From assembly GCA_902579825.1 (NCBI GenBank), contig CACHII010000002.1:15820-79819 (forward strand): 64,000 nt of DNA, given 5' to 3'. A model generated the notes under the pieces. It was not told where the DNA came from. It did no database searches and worked only from the letters and a program-made list of their open reading frames with translations. The translations under genes were made by a program, and so were the position numbers. Below, one piece after another: positions 9,153-20,596 of the stretch. The stretch's first letter is position 1. Each line of letters begins with the position of its first letter. Source of the stretch: an uncultured SAR86 cluster bacterium (GTDB lineage Bacteria > Pseudomonadota > Gammaproteobacteria > Magnimaribacterales > D2472).

Positions 9153-10664
9153 ATGAACACATCATCTGATTTTCTAGGTCATCCAAAAGGCTTGTTTGTT
9201 TGCTTCGCTACTGAAATGTGGGAAAGATTCTCATATTACGGAATGAGAGCACTACTCATACTTTATCTAACTAAGCATTGGGAATTTACTGATGCAACTA
9301 GCTATTTAATATATGGAGCTTATACGTCATTAGTTTACATAATGCCAGTTTTTGGAGGAATGTTAGCTGATCAAATTTTAGGTTCAAAGAAAGCTGTTAC
9401 ATATGGAGCTATCTTATTAGTATTTGGACATTTAGGGATGACTGTTGAGAGTAATGAACAGATTTTCTATCTATCTCTTGCTTTAATTGTATCTGGTGTT
9501 GGCTTTCTAAAACCAAATATATCAACCATGGTTGGAGCTTTGTATGAGGAGGGTGATCCTAGAAGAGACTCAGGCTTCACTATTTTTTATATGGGTATAA
9601 ATATTGGTGCTTTTACAGCAACTCTTTTATGTGGTTACTTGGGTGAAGAAATCGGCTGGGCATATGGTTTTGGGGCAGCTGGAATTGGAATGTTGCTAGG
9701 GTTATTTATATTTTTGTGGGGCCAAAAATATCTTGAGGGATTGGCAGAGCCGCCATCAAATAAATATATGACTAAGGTTAATGGTATTTCATATGAAAAT
9801 TGGGCATATATTTCTGGCGTTGTAATGGTCCTTGTAACATGGTTTTTAGTTCAGAATTCACAGTTAGTAGGTCAACTATTGGGCGGCTTTGGAGTTATTT
9901 TTATCGGGGCTTGGTTGTTATATGCATTATTGAAATGTGCACCTGAAGAAAGAGATAGGTTGATAGTTGTCGGAATTTTAATTCTGTTTTCACTTATATT
10001 TTGGGCTTTATTTGAACAAGCAGGATCGTCATTAAACATTCTGACTGATAGGGGTGTTGATAGAGTAATATTAGGATGGGAAGTTCCAGCATCAATGTTT
10101 CAATCACTTAACGCTGGATTTATATTTACTATAGCACCTCTTTTTGCTCTTTTATGGATTTCTCTTGCAAAAAGAAATATGGAACCATCTACACCAATAA
10201 AATTTTCTATTGGAATAGTGCTTGTAGGGCTTGGATTTTTAGCTCTTGTTTATGGAATGAACTCATCTGAGGGTCTTCAAACAGGAGTCATTTGGATTGT
10301 ATTAATTTATTTATTACACACACTTGGCGAGCTTTGTCTATCGCCTGTGGGATTATCATCTGTTACTAAATTATCACCACAGAGAATTGTTGGATTTATG
10401 ATGGGTATGTGGTTTTTTGCATCTGCAGCTGGAAACTATGTTGCTAGTTTAATTGCTAAAGGTACTGCTGGAGATCCTGTTTTGAAAATTGCAGAAAGAA
10501 TCTATTTTCAAGTCATGAACCTTCCTGAAGATACATTTACAATTTATCAGAAAATTGGATTTATGGATGTCTATACTGATGTAGGACTTATTGCAATTGG
10601 ATGTGGAATATTTTTGGCCGTAATAACACCACTACTTAAAAAATTGATGCATGGTGCCAGTTAA
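9153..10664 (+). CDS. proton-dependent oligopeptide (POT/PTR2) di-/tripeptide permease
   Basis: 503 aa polytopic protein carrying the PTR2 signature FATEMWERFSYYGMRALLILYL. Confidence 0.9.
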   Translation: MNTSSDFLGHPKGLFVCFATEMWERFSYYGMRALLILYLTKHWEFTDATSYLIYGAYTSLVYIMPVFGGMLADQILGSKKAVTYGAILLVFGHLGMTVESNEQIFYLSLALIVSGVGFLKPNISTMVGALYEEGDPRRDSGFTIFYMGINIGAFTATLLCGYLGEEIGWAYGFGAAGIGMLLGLFIFLWGQKYLEGLAEPPSNKYMTKVNGISYENWAYISGVVMVLVTWFLVQNSQLVGQLLGGFGVIFIGAWLLYALLKCAPEERDRLIVVGILILFSLIFWALFEQAGSSLNILTDRGVDRVILGWEVPASMFQSLNAGFIFTIAPLFALLWISLAKRNMEPSTPIKFSIGIVLVGLGFLALVYGMNSSEGLQTGVIWIVLIYLLHTLGELCLSPVGLSSVTKLSPQRIVGFMMGMWFFASAAGNYVASLIAKGTAGDPVLKIAERIYFQVMNLPEDTFTIYQKIGFMDVYTDVGLIAIGCGIFLAVITPLLKKLMHGAS

Positions 10665-10756
10665 AGGGAAAAAAGATCCTGTAAAAAAAAATATGGATAA
10701 ATTCCATAAACCAAAAACTCATCGTGATAAAACTAAATATAATCGGAAAAATAAGC

Positions 10757-11884
10757 CTAAGAAGCTTGATTAACTTTTGTTAAAATTTTTGTATAGATTT
10801 CTTTTAAAGTAAAAAGTTCGCTAATTTTTAAATGTTCATCAATTTGATGGATTGATTTGTTTACTGGACCTAATTCAATTATTTCAGTATTCATTTTTGC
10901 AACAAAACGCCCATCTGAGGTTCCACCTTTAGCATTAAATTCTGGAGTATATCCAGCAACTTCCTGAACAGAGTTTGAAACAATATTTTTAAAAAAGTTA
11001 TTTTGTGTGTAGTAGGGAAGACCATTTAGGTCCCAAGTTAAACTATAATTTAAATTTAACTCCTTTAGTAATGCCTCAAACTTAGACTTTAGACTTTCTT
11101 CAGTTGATTCAGGTGAGAATCGAAAGTTAAATGTAAGCTCCAATTCTCCTGGTACAACATTGTGAGCTCCTGTACCAGAATTGATATTAGATATTTGAAA
11201 GCTTGTTGGATCAAAGGAATCATTTCCATCATCCCAAATTTTATTGTTAAGTTTTGAAATTAATTCACCTGATTTAAGAATTGGATTTATTACTTTCTCT
11301 GGATAGGCGATGTGTCCTTGTTTTCCAAATAGTTTTAAATGTCCGCCAAGCGATCCTCTTCTTCCAATTCTGGCACAATCTGCAACTTTTTTACTTGCGG
11401 TGGGTTCTCCAACTAGACAGTAATCTATAATTTCATTTTCTTGAATCATATTTTCAATAATCTTGTCTATAAATCCATCTTTGGATGTACCTTCCTCATT
11501 GGATGTCAGCAAGATTGCTAATCTAAAATTTAGATCTTCTGAAGAACTTAGAAAGTCCTTTGAGGCCTCTATAAATGCTGCAACAGATCCTTTCATGTCT
11601 GCAACACCTCTTCCATATAATAGGTCATCTTCAATAGTCGCTGAGAAGGGAGGGTATTTCCATTTTTCTTCAGGACCGCTTGGAACTACATCTGTATGAC
11701 CAAGAAAACAAAATAATTTTCCAGAACTACCAACAGAAGCATATAAATTCTCTACATTTTGATAATTAATTCTTTTAATGTTGAAATTTAATTCATTAAG
11801 TTCTTTTTCAATTAAATCAAAGCAACCCATATCTTTCGGCGAAAGAGATTTTATTTTTATTAAACTCTGAAGAAGTTCAATCAT
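10757..11884 (-). CDS. dapE: succinyl-diaminopimelate desuccinylase DapE (M20)
   Basis: M20 motifs GHTDVVP, RGVADMKG and NEEG. ATG 11884 is preceded by AGGAG, and the ATGATTGA sequence overlaps the dapD stop. The upstream ATG 11902 probably only supplies that SD. Confidence 0.9.
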   Translation of the reverse strand: MIELLQSLIKIKSLSPKDMGCFDLIEKELNELNFNIKRINYQNVENLYASVGSSGKLFCFLGHTDVVPSGPEEKWKYPPFSATIEDDLLYGRGVADMKGSVAAFIEASKDFLSSSEDLNFRLAILLTSNEEGTSKDGFIDKIIENMIQENEIIDYCLVGEPTASKKVADCARIGRRGSLGGHLKLFGKQGHIAYPEKVINPILKSGELISKLNNKIWDDGNDSFDPTSFQISNINSGTGAHNVVPGELELTFNFRFSPESTEESLKSKFEALLKELNLNYSLTWDLNGLPYYTQNNFFKNIVSNSVQEVAGYTPEFNAKGGTSDGRFVAKMNTEIIELGPVNKSIHQIDEHLKISELFTLKEIYTKILTKVNQAS

Positions 11885-12791
11885 TGTTATGGAGCTCCTC
11901 ATTTAAGCTTGAAGTTTTGTGATTCCTTTTTGCAATAACCTTTCCAGAAAGAGAATCTCTATAAAATAATAAATTTGAATGGCCCGAAACTTCTTTAGCT
12001 TTAATAACATTTATTTCTTTTTCATCTGACTCTATGATGTGAATCTTGGTTCCTGATGTAATATATAACCCTGCTTCAACTGTACAGTTATCACCTAAAG
12101 ATATACCAATACCAGCGTTCGCCCCCAAAAGACAATTTTCTCCAAGTGAAATTTTTTCATTATTTCCTCCTGAAAGAGTACCCATAGTACTAGAACCGCC
12201 ACCAAGATCAGAATTATTTCCAACGACAACGCCAGCAGAGATCCTTCCTTCAATCATGGCCTTCCCTAATGTGCCCGCATTAAAGTTGACAAAACCTTCC
12301 TGCATTATTGTCGTCCCCTCGCTTAGATATGCACCTAATCGAACTCTGCTAGCATCAGCTATACGTACTTTTTTTGGAATAACATAATCCGTAAGACATG
12401 GAAATTTATCTAAGGATCTGATGAAGAGATCGTTATTTTTCTCTTTAGATAAATGTAGTTCATTTTCAATATTATTCATTGAAATTGGGCCTTTGTTAGT
12501 CCAAGCTACATTTGGAAGAATCTTAAATAAATTTTCAAGATTAAGCGTATTTGGTAAGACAAATTTATAAGATATCAAATGAAGCTTTAAATAGGCATCG
12601 GAAACACTTTCGATTGGTTTGTAAAGATCCTCTTCGTTCCAGGCAATTTCAACAAGTTTTTGAAATTTCTTATCGATATCATTAATTTCTTTAAAAACTT
12701 CATTATCACCAAACTGAATGCATGGAAAAAACACATCTAGAATTTCATCTTGAGATGAAATATTGGCAATACCTTTTGCAATAATCTTCAT
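11877..12791 (-). CDS. dapD: tetrahydrodipicolinate N-succinyltransferase DapD (long Pseudomonas-type)
   Basis: Hexapeptide-repeat C-terminal half (GAYLSEGTTIM...GNNSDLGGGSSTMGTLSGG...GANAGIGISLGDNC). Sits in the conserved dapD-glnD-map context. Confidence 0.85.
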   Translation of the reverse strand: MKIIAKGIANISSQDEILDVFFPCIQFGDNEVFKEINDIDKKFQKLVEIAWNEEDLYKPIESVSDAYLKLHLISYKFVLPNTLNLENLFKILPNVAWTNKGPISMNNIENELHLSKEKNNDLFIRSLDKFPCLTDYVIPKKVRIADASRVRLGAYLSEGTTIMQEGFVNFNAGTLGKAMIEGRISAGVVVGNNSDLGGGSSTMGTLSGGNNEKISLGENCLLGANAGIGISLGDNCTVEAGLYITSGTKIHIIESDEKEINVIKAKEVSGHSNLLFYRDSLSGKVIAKRNHKTSSLNEELHNND

Positions 12792-12819
12792 GGTTAAATT
12801 ATAGTTTTATTAGCTCAAT

Positions 12820-15330
12820 TCACACCACTTTTTTTAATGATGCAATAATTTCTTTCATCTTTTTATTAGGTATTAGTGTTTTATTTAAATTTTCGAGTTC
12901 AAATATATCTTCTACCTTGTCGCCAAGGGTGTTAATTCTTGCTGAAAATATTGAAAGATTATTGTCATAAAATACTCTGGCAATATCAGATAACAACCCA
13001 GGCCTGTCTGACGTTTCAATGGTAATAAGATTTCTTCCTATACTAGTATTGTGCGTATTTGTAATATTAAGTTTGTTTTGGAATTTAATTTTTTTCTTAG
13101 CATTTTTGATGCTGTCAGAAAAATCATCATAATTATTGAAATTTTTGATAATTCTTATAGATAATTCTCTAAGTTCACTTTGATTAAGAGCCCTGTCATG
13201 GTGTGAAAATTTTGTAATAAAGGTATTTGCTGCCAGCTTATCATCAGTTGAGGTAAAAATATTTGCATCAATGATTTCAAGACCAGACTTTTCAAGAGTT
13301 TTTGTTAATTTTAAAAAAAGACCTTTTGAGTTATCCATTTTAATGAATATTTCGAGTAAATTGTCGAACTTATTTTTACATGCTATAACTAAATCACAAT
13401 TTTTATTTTGAATGATTAATTGAGATTGCCATTTTAACGACTCAGTTGCATTCTTATTGAAATAGCTATCGCTGAACTTAGAAAAATAATTTTTAATAAA
13501 GGATTTCTCATCTTTATTTAGCTCAGACAGAACAGAATTTTTTCTATCTAAAGCAATATCAGAGGATGCTTTGATTGGATTTTTGTTAATTTTAGATCTT
13601 GTAAGAGTATATAAATCTCTTAATAACTGATGCTTCCAACCGTTCCATAGTGCGGGGTTGGTGGCTCTGATGTCGTTTACGGTCAGTAAATATAAGTAAT
13701 TTAATTTTTCATTCTGTTCTACTTCTTTAGCAAAGTCATTTACTGTTAGCGGATCTGAAATATCTTTTTTTTGAGAAATTGAGGACATTATTAAATGTTT
13801 TTTTACAAGCCATGATATTAGTTTTGCATCCGTTGAAGACATTCCTAGTCTCTTGGCAAAATTGAAACTTGTTTTTGCTCCTATTTCTGAGTGATCTCCG
13901 CCTTTGCCTTTTCCAAGATCATGAAATAAACCTGCAATATATAGTATTTCAATCTTAGGAAGTTTTTTAATTAACTCATGTTCAAGTAGAAATCTCTCTT
14001 GTTCATAAAGTTTCATTTGACGCATATTTCTAACAACCTTTAATGAATGTTCATCAACTGTGTAAACATGAAATAAATCAAATTGCATTTGTCCAACGAC
14101 TTCACCAAATTCAGGAATATATTTTTGAAGAATTCCAAGGCTTTTCATAGTCTTAAGAATAGATGAAAGATTATGTTCTGACTTTAAGATATCTAGAAAT
14201 TGTTCGGCAAAATATTTATCTTTTCGAAATTCTTGATCAATAAGATTTAAGTTTTTTCTTAGCAATGCTTTTGTTTCGGTATCAATTAAATTTATTTTTT
14301 TACTTTTGCCTATTTCTAAAAATAACTTAAATATAAGATCTTTATTTGTTTTGATGTCAATGTTTTCATTTATTCCGATTTTACTTTTATGTTTATAAAT
14401 TGGATTTGCATTTTTAAATAAATTTTTTGGGTATGTTTCGTTATATTTTTCAAACACTGTACTGTTAAAATATGATATGTACTCAGCCATTTCGTAATAT
14501 TTTCTCATCATCTTCTCAACAGTTGATTTAGTATCTTTTTCGGAGATAGAATTTATATTCTTGGAGATTTCTATTTGAGATTCAAAGCTTAGTCTATTTC
14601 TGTCAGTTAAGAGATTGGCGTGAAACCTAAGAAATTTAATAAAATTATAGGCAATTAAAGTATTTTTATATTGACCATCTAATAGTTTCGATTTTTTGAT
14701 TGCAGGTTGAGAATCAAGATCAAAGCAGTGTTGCAGTATCCACAGAGCAGTTTGAAAGTCTCGCATGGTACCGGGTGATTCTTTCAAGTCAGGCTCAAGA
14801 TTAAAAGCAGTTGAAAAGAACTGATTATGTCTCTTTTGCTGCTCAATGTATTTTTCATTGTAAAAATTATTTTTTGTCCATAATTTGGACAAAGTCATAG
14901 TTATCTCTTTATCAATATCTTTATTTGAAATGATTGAGCGCCTAGTAAGGTAAGAGGTAAACTCTTTTATGTCCGATTTTGATATATCTTTTATGTCCTT
15001 TACCGTTCGAACCGAATGTCCAACTTTGACGCCTTGATCCCACAAATAACTTATAAATTTTTCTAAATTATTAAAGTTTTTATTTTTCTTAATTTCAACA
15101 ATTGATATATCAACATCAGATGTAGGAAACATTTCTTTTCTACCAAAGCCACCATTTGCGTAGATTGCAAAGTTTTCATGCAAATTAAGATCTTTAAACT
15201 TCCTTTTGATTGAATTTTCTATAACATTTGAATGTTTTCGTAGATATTTATTAATCTTTGTTGGCTCCAGATATATATCTGAAATATTCTTAAAGAAATC
15301 TTTATTTATTGATTCGAACTTTTCTTTCAT
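12820..15330 (-). CDS. glnD: bifunctional [protein-PII] uridylyltransferase/uridylyl-removing enzyme GlnD
   Basis: 836 aa with an N-terminal nucleotidyltransferase motif (GGFGRKEMFPTSDVDI), an HD domain (LFHDLGKG) and two C-terminal ACT-like segments. It lies adjacent to map. Confidence 0.9.
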   Translation of the reverse strand: MKEKFESINKDFFKNISDIYLEPTKINKYLRKHSNVIENSIKRKFKDLNLHENFAIYANGGFGRKEMFPTSDVDISIVEIKKNKNFNNLEKFISYLWDQGVKVGHSVRTVKDIKDISKSDIKEFTSYLTRRSIISNKDIDKEITMTLSKLWTKNNFYNEKYIEQQKRHNQFFSTAFNLEPDLKESPGTMRDFQTALWILQHCFDLDSQPAIKKSKLLDGQYKNTLIAYNFIKFLRFHANLLTDRNRLSFESQIEISKNINSISEKDTKSTVEKMMRKYYEMAEYISYFNSTVFEKYNETYPKNLFKNANPIYKHKSKIGINENIDIKTNKDLIFKLFLEIGKSKKINLIDTETKALLRKNLNLIDQEFRKDKYFAEQFLDILKSEHNLSSILKTMKSLGILQKYIPEFGEVVGQMQFDLFHVYTVDEHSLKVVRNMRQMKLYEQERFLLEHELIKKLPKIEILYIAGLFHDLGKGKGGDHSEIGAKTSFNFAKRLGMSSTDAKLISWLVKKHLIMSSISQKKDISDPLTVNDFAKEVEQNEKLNYLYLLTVNDIRATNPALWNGWKHQLLRDLYTLTRSKINKNPIKASSDIALDRKNSVLSELNKDEKSFIKNYFSKFSDSYFNKNATESLKWQSQLIIQNKNCDLVIACKNKFDNLLEIFIKMDNSKGLFLKLTKTLEKSGLEIIDANIFTSTDDKLAANTFITKFSHHDRALNQSELRELSIRIIKNFNNYDDFSDSIKNAKKKIKFQNKLNITNTHNTSIGRNLITIETSDRPGLLSDIARVFYDNNLSIFSARINTLGDKVEDIFELENLNKTLIPNKKMKEIIASLKKVV

Positions 15331-16097
15331 ACATATTCATCACTTCTTTTTGTCAGAATCTCATAACCATCTTTTGTAACTGAAATAGTATGCTCCCATT
15401 GAGCAGAATTTCTTCCGTCTTTTGTCTCAACAGTCCATCCATCCTTTAGTACCTTTGAAAACTTTCTTCCTTGATTAATCATAGGCTCTATTGTGAAACA
15501 CATTCCATCTCTCAATTCTATTCCTGTACCAGCTTTTCCGTAATGCAGAACTTGTGGCTCTTCATGGTATACAGTACCAATTCCATGACCACAATAATCT
15601 TCAACAACGCTGTAATGATTTTTTTCAGCATGTGTTTGGATTGCATTTCCAATATCTCCAAGGAAGGCACCTGGTTTTACCACTTCAATGCCTTTATAAA
15701 GACACTCTTGTGTAACTTTTACTAATCTTTCATTATGAGGAGCACATTTTCCTACAAGAAACATTTTTGAGGTATCACCATGCCAACCATCTTTCACAAC
15801 AGTTACATCTATGTTTAATATGTCACCACTTTTTAATACTTTTTCGTTACTAGGAATGCCATGACATATAACTTGATTCAAGCTAGCACATATAGTTTTC
15901 TCATAACCGTTGTAACCAACATTAGCTGGAATTGCTTTTTGAACATTTACAATATGGTTAAAACATATTTCATCTAACTCTCCAGTTGATATGCCTGGAA
16001 CCACATGAGGTGAAATCATTTCTAAAACTTCGGCTGCCAGCTTTCCAGCAACCCTCATTTTATCTATATCATTTTTAGATTTTACTGATATTTTCAT
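15327..16097 (-). CDS. map: methionine aminopeptidase type I
   Basis: 256 aa with the M24A motifs VCHGIP, DVTV..DGWHGD, GHGIG, FTIEP and EHT. Confidence 0.95.
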   Translation of the reverse strand: MKISVKSKNDIDKMRVAGKLAAEVLEMISPHVVPGISTGELDEICFNHIVNVQKAIPANVGYNGYEKTICASLNQVICHGIPSNEKVLKSGDILNIDVTVVKDGWHGDTSKMFLVGKCAPHNERLVKVTQECLYKGIEVVKPGAFLGDIGNAIQTHAEKNHYSVVEDYCGHGIGTVYHEEPQVLHYGKAGTGIELRDGMCFTIEPMINQGRKFSKVLKDGWTVETKDGRNSAQWEHTISVTKDGYEILTKRSDEYV

Positions 16098-16250
16098 TTT
16101 TTTTCATTTACATCTAGACATTAGCCAACTTAATCTATAAAGTACAATTTTAATGTCAGCGTATTATTTTAGCTCATTAAATTCAAAAAATTCTTTAAAT
16201 AGTATTCCTAATTTTTTCCTTAAAATTCTCTTGTTTGAGGTAAATTTATA

Positions 16251-17372
16251 ATGTCATTTCCAGCTATATTAGCACTTGAAGATGGAAGTGTATTCTATGG
16301 AAGAGGTTTTGGAAAAGAAAAGTTTGATGTTGGAGAATTAGTTTTTAATACCTCAATGTCTGGATATCAAGAAATAATTACTGATCCCTCATACAAAAAA
16401 CAAATAATAACTTTTACTCATCCTCATATTGGCAATACTGGAATAAATAATTATGATAATGAGTCAAATCAAGTTCATTCCTCAGGTGTTGTTGTAAATA
16501 AATTTTGTGAGAAGCCAAGCAACTGGCGTTCTGTAAAATCTTTGGAAGAATTTTTAAATGAAAATAATGTGATGGCTATTTCTGATGTGGATACAAGAGA
16601 AATCACTACAATTTTAAGAGAAAAAGGTGCATTGAATTGTTGCATTGGTTCTTTATCAAAAATTTCTGAAAAAGATGCTATTAAAAAAGCGCAAGAATTT
16701 GATGGCTTAAAGGGAATGGATCTTGCTCAAGTGGTTTCAACAAAGGATGAATATCTATGGAATAAGGGCGTTTGGCCAGAAAATCAGAAAACTAAAGATT
16801 CAAACATGGTTGTTGCTTATGACTATGGTATTAAAGAAAACATACTAAGGCTTCTTGCAGACCATGTTGGAGAAGTCAAAGTTGTAAATGCAGAAACTCC
16901 TTTTAAAGAAATTATGAAACTTTCTCCAAAAGGTATATTTTTATCAAATGGTCCTGGCGATCCAGAACCATGTACATATGCTATTGATAATATTAGGAAA
17001 TTCTTGAAAGAAGGAGTTCCTATTTTTGGAATATGCCTAGGACATCAATTATTAGCATTGGCTGGAGGAGCAAAAACTTACAAGATGAAATTTGGTCATC
17101 ATGGTGCAAATCATCCTGTTCAAGATGTTGAGTCAAAGGAAGTATTCATTACAAGTCAAAATCATGGATTTGCCGTAGATGAGGATACATTACCATCAAA
17201 TATAAAGACCACACATATTTCTTTATTTGATAAATCACTTCAAGGCATTGAGTTTAAAGATACTCCAGCATTTAGCTTCCAAGGACATCCTGAAGCAAGT
17301 CCTGGTCCACAAGAAATCCAAAGCCTATTTACAAAATTTAGCATCATGGTAAAAGATTATGCCAAGACGTAA
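16251..17372 (+). CDS. carA: carbamoyl-phosphate synthase small (glutaminase) subunit
   Basis: 373 aa with the GATase catalytic GICLGHQLL and the HGxNHPV and [10 protein letters not shown] motifs. Confidence 0.95.
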   Translation: MSFPAILALEDGSVFYGRGFGKEKFDVGELVFNTSMSGYQEIITDPSYKKQIITFTHPHIGNTGINNYDNESNQVHSSGVVVNKFCEKPSNWRSVKSLEEFLNENNVMAISDVDTREITTILREKGALNCCIGSLSKISEKDAIKKAQEFDGLKGMDLAQVVSTKDEYLWNKGVWPENQKTKDSNMVVAYDYGIKENILRLLADHVGEVKVVNAETPFKEIMKLSPKGIFLSNGPGDPEPCTYAIDNIRKFLKEGVPIFGICLGHQLLALAGGAKTYKMKFGHHGANHPVQDVESKEVFITSQNHGFAVDEDTLPSNIKTTHISLFDKSLQGIEFKDTPAFSFQGHPEASPGPQEIQSLFTKFSIMVKDYAKT

Positions 17373-20300
17373 AGATATTTCATCGATTTTAATTATTGGT
17401 GCAGGTCCAATTATTATTGGTCAGGCTTGCGAATTTGATTATTCAGGCGCTCAAGCTTGTAAGGCCCTAAAAGAAGAGGGTTTTAGAGTAATACTTGTAA
17501 ACTCTAACCCTGCAACAATTATGACAGATCCCTTATTAGCAGATGCAACTTACATTGAGCCAATTCATTGGAAATCTGTTGAAAAAATAATAGAAAAAGA
17601 AAAACCTGATGCGATATTGCCTACTATGGGAGGCCAAACAGCTTTAAATACAGCACTAACATTAGATAAAAATGGCGTTCTTGAAAAACATAATGTTGTT
17701 TTAATTGGAGCAAATAGAACGGCAATAGATAAGGCTGAGGATAGGCAGCTTTTTGATGAAACAATGCAGGCAATAGGGCTGGAAACACCTGCCTCTGGAA
17801 TTGCACATTCTATTGAAGATGCTTTAAGAGTTCAGAAAGAAATTGGTTTCCCTTGTATTATAAGACCCTCTTTTACAATGGGAGGTACCGGAGGAGGTAT
17901 TGCCTATAACATATCAGAATTTAAAACGATTTGTGAGAAAGGTCTTGAGCTATCTCCAACCAATGAGCTTTTGATAGATGAGTCTTTGATTGGTTGGAAA
18001 GAATATGAGATGGAGGTAGTTAGAGACTGCAAAGATAATTGTATTATTATTTGTTCTATTGAAAATCTAGATCCAATGGGAATTCATACTGGAGACTCAA
18101 TAACCATTGCTCCTGCTCAAACTTTAACGGACAAAGAATTCCAAATAATGAGAAATGCTTCTTTTAAAATTTTAAGAGAAATTGGTGTCGATACCGGAGG
18201 GTCTAATGTTCAATTTGCAGTCAATCCAGAAAATGGAAAGATGGTCGTTATCGAAATGAATCCAAGGGTCAGCAGGTCATCCGCGTTAGCTTCAAAAGCG
18301 ACAGGGTTTCCAATAGCTAAAGTTGCAGCTTTATTATCTGTAGGATTTACTTTAGATGAATTAAAAAATGATATTACAGGAGGCCTAACCCCTGCATCAT
18401 TTGAACCAAGTATTGATTATATAGTCACGAAAATTCCAAAATTTGCTTTTGAAAAATTTCCACAAGCAAGTCCAAAGCTAACGACACAAATGAAATCTGT
18501 TGGTGAAGTTATGTCGATTGGTTCCAGCTTTCAAGAATCATTTCAAAAAGCCTTATGTAGCATGGAAGAAGAATTAAATGGAATTAATTCCTTAGCAAAA
18601 GATCAGGAATTTGCGTCTGATGAAAAAATACAAAGCGAATTAACAATACCAGGACCCAAAAGACTATTCTATGTAGCAGATGCAATAAGAAAAGGTTGGT
18701 CCATAGAAAAGATACATAGTTACACAAAAATTGATTTCTGGTTTTTAGAACAAATTGAAGAACTTATAAATCTTGAGAATGAGCTTGTTAATGCAGGTAT
18801 TAAGAATTTAGACAAAGATAAAATTATTCAAATTAAAGAGAAGGGTTTTTCTGACAATAGAATTGCTGAGCTAGTAAGAGTTGATGAAGATGAAATAAGA
18901 GCACTTAGAAAAGAATTTAACATAACTCCTGTATATAAAAGAGTAGATACTTGTGCTGCCGAATTCGCAACATCAACTTGCTATATGTATTCTACATATG
19001 GAGGAAAGTGTGAAAGTAATCCAACTTCAAAGAAAAAAATATTAGTTTTAGGTAGTGGACCAAATAGAATCGGACAAGGAATAGAGTTTGATTATTGTTG
19101 TGTTCATGCATCCTTGGCAATGCAAGAGGAGGGTTATGAATCGATTATGGTTAATTGTAATCCTGAGACAGTCTCTACAGATTATGATGTTTCCAATAGA
19201 CTATATTTTGAACCAATAACTGCTGAAAAAATTCTAGATATTATTGATATTGAAAAACCAGAAGGTGTCGTTATACAGTTTGGTGGACAAACTCCTTTAA
19301 AACTTGCTGATGTTCTCTCTGAAAAAGGAGTGAATATTCTTGGAACAAATGTTGATGCAATCGATAGATCTGAAGATAGAGAAAGGTTTCAGGAATTAGT
19401 TAATAAATTAAATTTAAAACAGCCTTCAAATACAACTGCTAAAAATGTCGATGAAGCTCTTAGCGAGGCAAAAAAAATAGGTTTTCCAATTGTTGTAAGG
19501 CCCTCTTATGTTCTTGGTGGAAGAGCAATGCAACTAGTCAATAATATTCAGGAGCTTGAAAAATATCTGAGTGAAGCAGTCGAAGTATCAAATAGCAAGC
19601 CTATTCTTCTTGATAGCTATTTAACTGATGCAATCGAAGTTGATGTAGATGTAGTTTCAGATGGAACAAATATTGAAATAGGTGGCATATTACAGCATAT
19701 AGAGCAAGCAGGTATTCATTCAGGAGATTCAGCATGTTCTCTTCCTCCATATAGCTTATCTCAAGAAATTCAAAATAAAATGAAAGCGCAAGCTATTGAT
19801 ATAGCAAAAGAACTAAAAATTATTGGCTTAATGAATATTCAATTTGCTATTAAAGCAAATGAAGTCTATATCATTGAGGTTAATCCAAGAGCATCTCGTA
19901 CTGTTCCATTTATTTCTAAAGCAATTGGACATTCATTGGCTAAGGTTGCATCTAAAGCAATGATTGGTAAGAGTTTAATAGAACAGAAGTTTTCATCAAA
20001 ACTTCCTAAAGGCTTGTCTTTTGTAAAAGAAGCTGTGATGCCATTTGATAAATTTCCTCATGTAGATCCTATTTTGGGACCAGAAATGAAATCTACTGGC
20101 GAAGTTATGGGTATTGGCCCTAATTTTGGAGAGGCATATGCAAAAGCTCAAAAAGGTGCAAACAAAATTTTAAGAAAATCAGGCAATGTATTTATAAGTG
20201 TCAAATCTTCTGATAAAAAATATCTTGATGAATTTGCTCCAGCAATAATAAATTCAGGGTTTGAAATAATTGCAACTTCTGGTACGGCAGATCATATAGA

Positions 20301-20571
20301 AAAACTTGGCTACGCTGTTTCAAAGATCAACAAGGTTAATGAAGGTAGGCCACATATTGTTGATATGTTGCTCAACAATGAAATAGATTTAGTAATTAAC
20401 ACAACTGAGGGTTCTCAATCAATTCAAGACTCTGCATCTATTAGACAAAGCGCCTTAAGAAATAAGATTTTTTGCACAACTACAATGTTTGGGGCTTTTG
20501 CAATCATAGCTGCTTTAAAAAGTATTGAAGAAAATTGGACATACAGCACTCTTCAAGAAATTAATAAATAG
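17359..20571 (+). CDS. carB: carbamoyl-phosphate synthase large subunit
   Basis: 1070 aa with duplicated ATP-grasp halves ([19 protein letters not shown] ... [18 protein letters not shown]) and a C-terminal MGS-like domain. Confidence 0.97.
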   Translation: MPRRKDISSILIIGAGPIIIGQACEFDYSGAQACKALKEEGFRVILVNSNPATIMTDPLLADATYIEPIHWKSVEKIIEKEKPDAILPTMGGQTALNTALTLDKNGVLEKHNVVLIGANRTAIDKAEDRQLFDETMQAIGLETPASGIAHSIEDALRVQKEIGFPCIIRPSFTMGGTGGGIAYNISEFKTICEKGLELSPTNELLIDESLIGWKEYEMEVVRDCKDNCIIICSIENLDPMGIHTGDSITIAPAQTLTDKEFQIMRNASFKILREIGVDTGGSNVQFAVNPENGKMVVIEMNPRVSRSSALASKATGFPIAKVAALLSVGFTLDELKNDITGGLTPASFEPSIDYIVTKIPKFAFEKFPQASPKLTTQMKSVGEVMSIGSSFQESFQKALCSMEEELNGINSLAKDQEFASDEKIQSELTIPGPKRLFYVADAIRKGWSIEKIHSYTKIDFWFLEQIEELINLENELVNAGIKNLDKDKIIQIKEKGFSDNRIAELVRVDEDEIRALRKEFNITPVYKRVDTCAAEFATSTCYMYSTYGGKCESNPTSKKKILVLGSGPNRIGQGIEFDYCCVHASLAMQEEGYESIMVNCNPETVSTDYDVSNRLYFEPITAEKILDIIDIEKPEGVVIQFGGQTPLKLADVLSEKGVNILGTNVDAIDRSEDRERFQELVNKLNLKQPSNTTAKNVDEALSEAKKIGFPIVVRPSYVLGGRAMQLVNNIQELEKYLSEAVEVSNSKPILLDSYLTDAIEVDVDVVSDGTNIEIGGILQHIEQAGIHSGDSACSLPPYSLSQEIQNKMKAQAIDIAKELKIIGLMNIQFAIKANEVYIIEVNPRASRTVPFISKAIGHSLAKVASKAMIGKSLIEQKFSSKLPKGLSFVKEAVMPFDKFPHVDPILGPEMKSTGEVMGIGPNFGEAYAKAQKGANKILRKSGNVFISVKSSDKKYLDEFAPAIINSGFEIIATSGTADHIEKLGYAVSKINKVNEGRPHIVDMLLNNEIDLVINTTEGSQSIQDSASIRQSALRNKIFCTTTMFGAFAIIAALKSIEENWTYSTLQEINK

Positions 20572-20581
20572 TTATTCAAGT

Positions 20582-20590
20582 TGCTATAAT
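20582..20590 (+). promoter_or_regulatory. extended -10 element TGCTATAAT, 6 nt upstream of the greA ATG
   Basis: A TGnTATAAT match lies in the 25-nt carB-greA spacer with no Shine-Dalgarno sequence between it and the ATG. The identical 9-mer with identical spacing precedes mlaC. Confidence 0.4.
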
Positions 20591-20596
20591 GCTTTG

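Noticed and set aside
16098-16250. The 153-nt map/carA divergent spacer, examined for ARG boxes, PyrR/PepA-type control elements or an sRNA.
   Set aside because: I saw only AT-rich promoter-like sequence. There is no convincing TGAAT-N4-ATTCA ARG box or stable structure, so it is most simply two divergent promoters.
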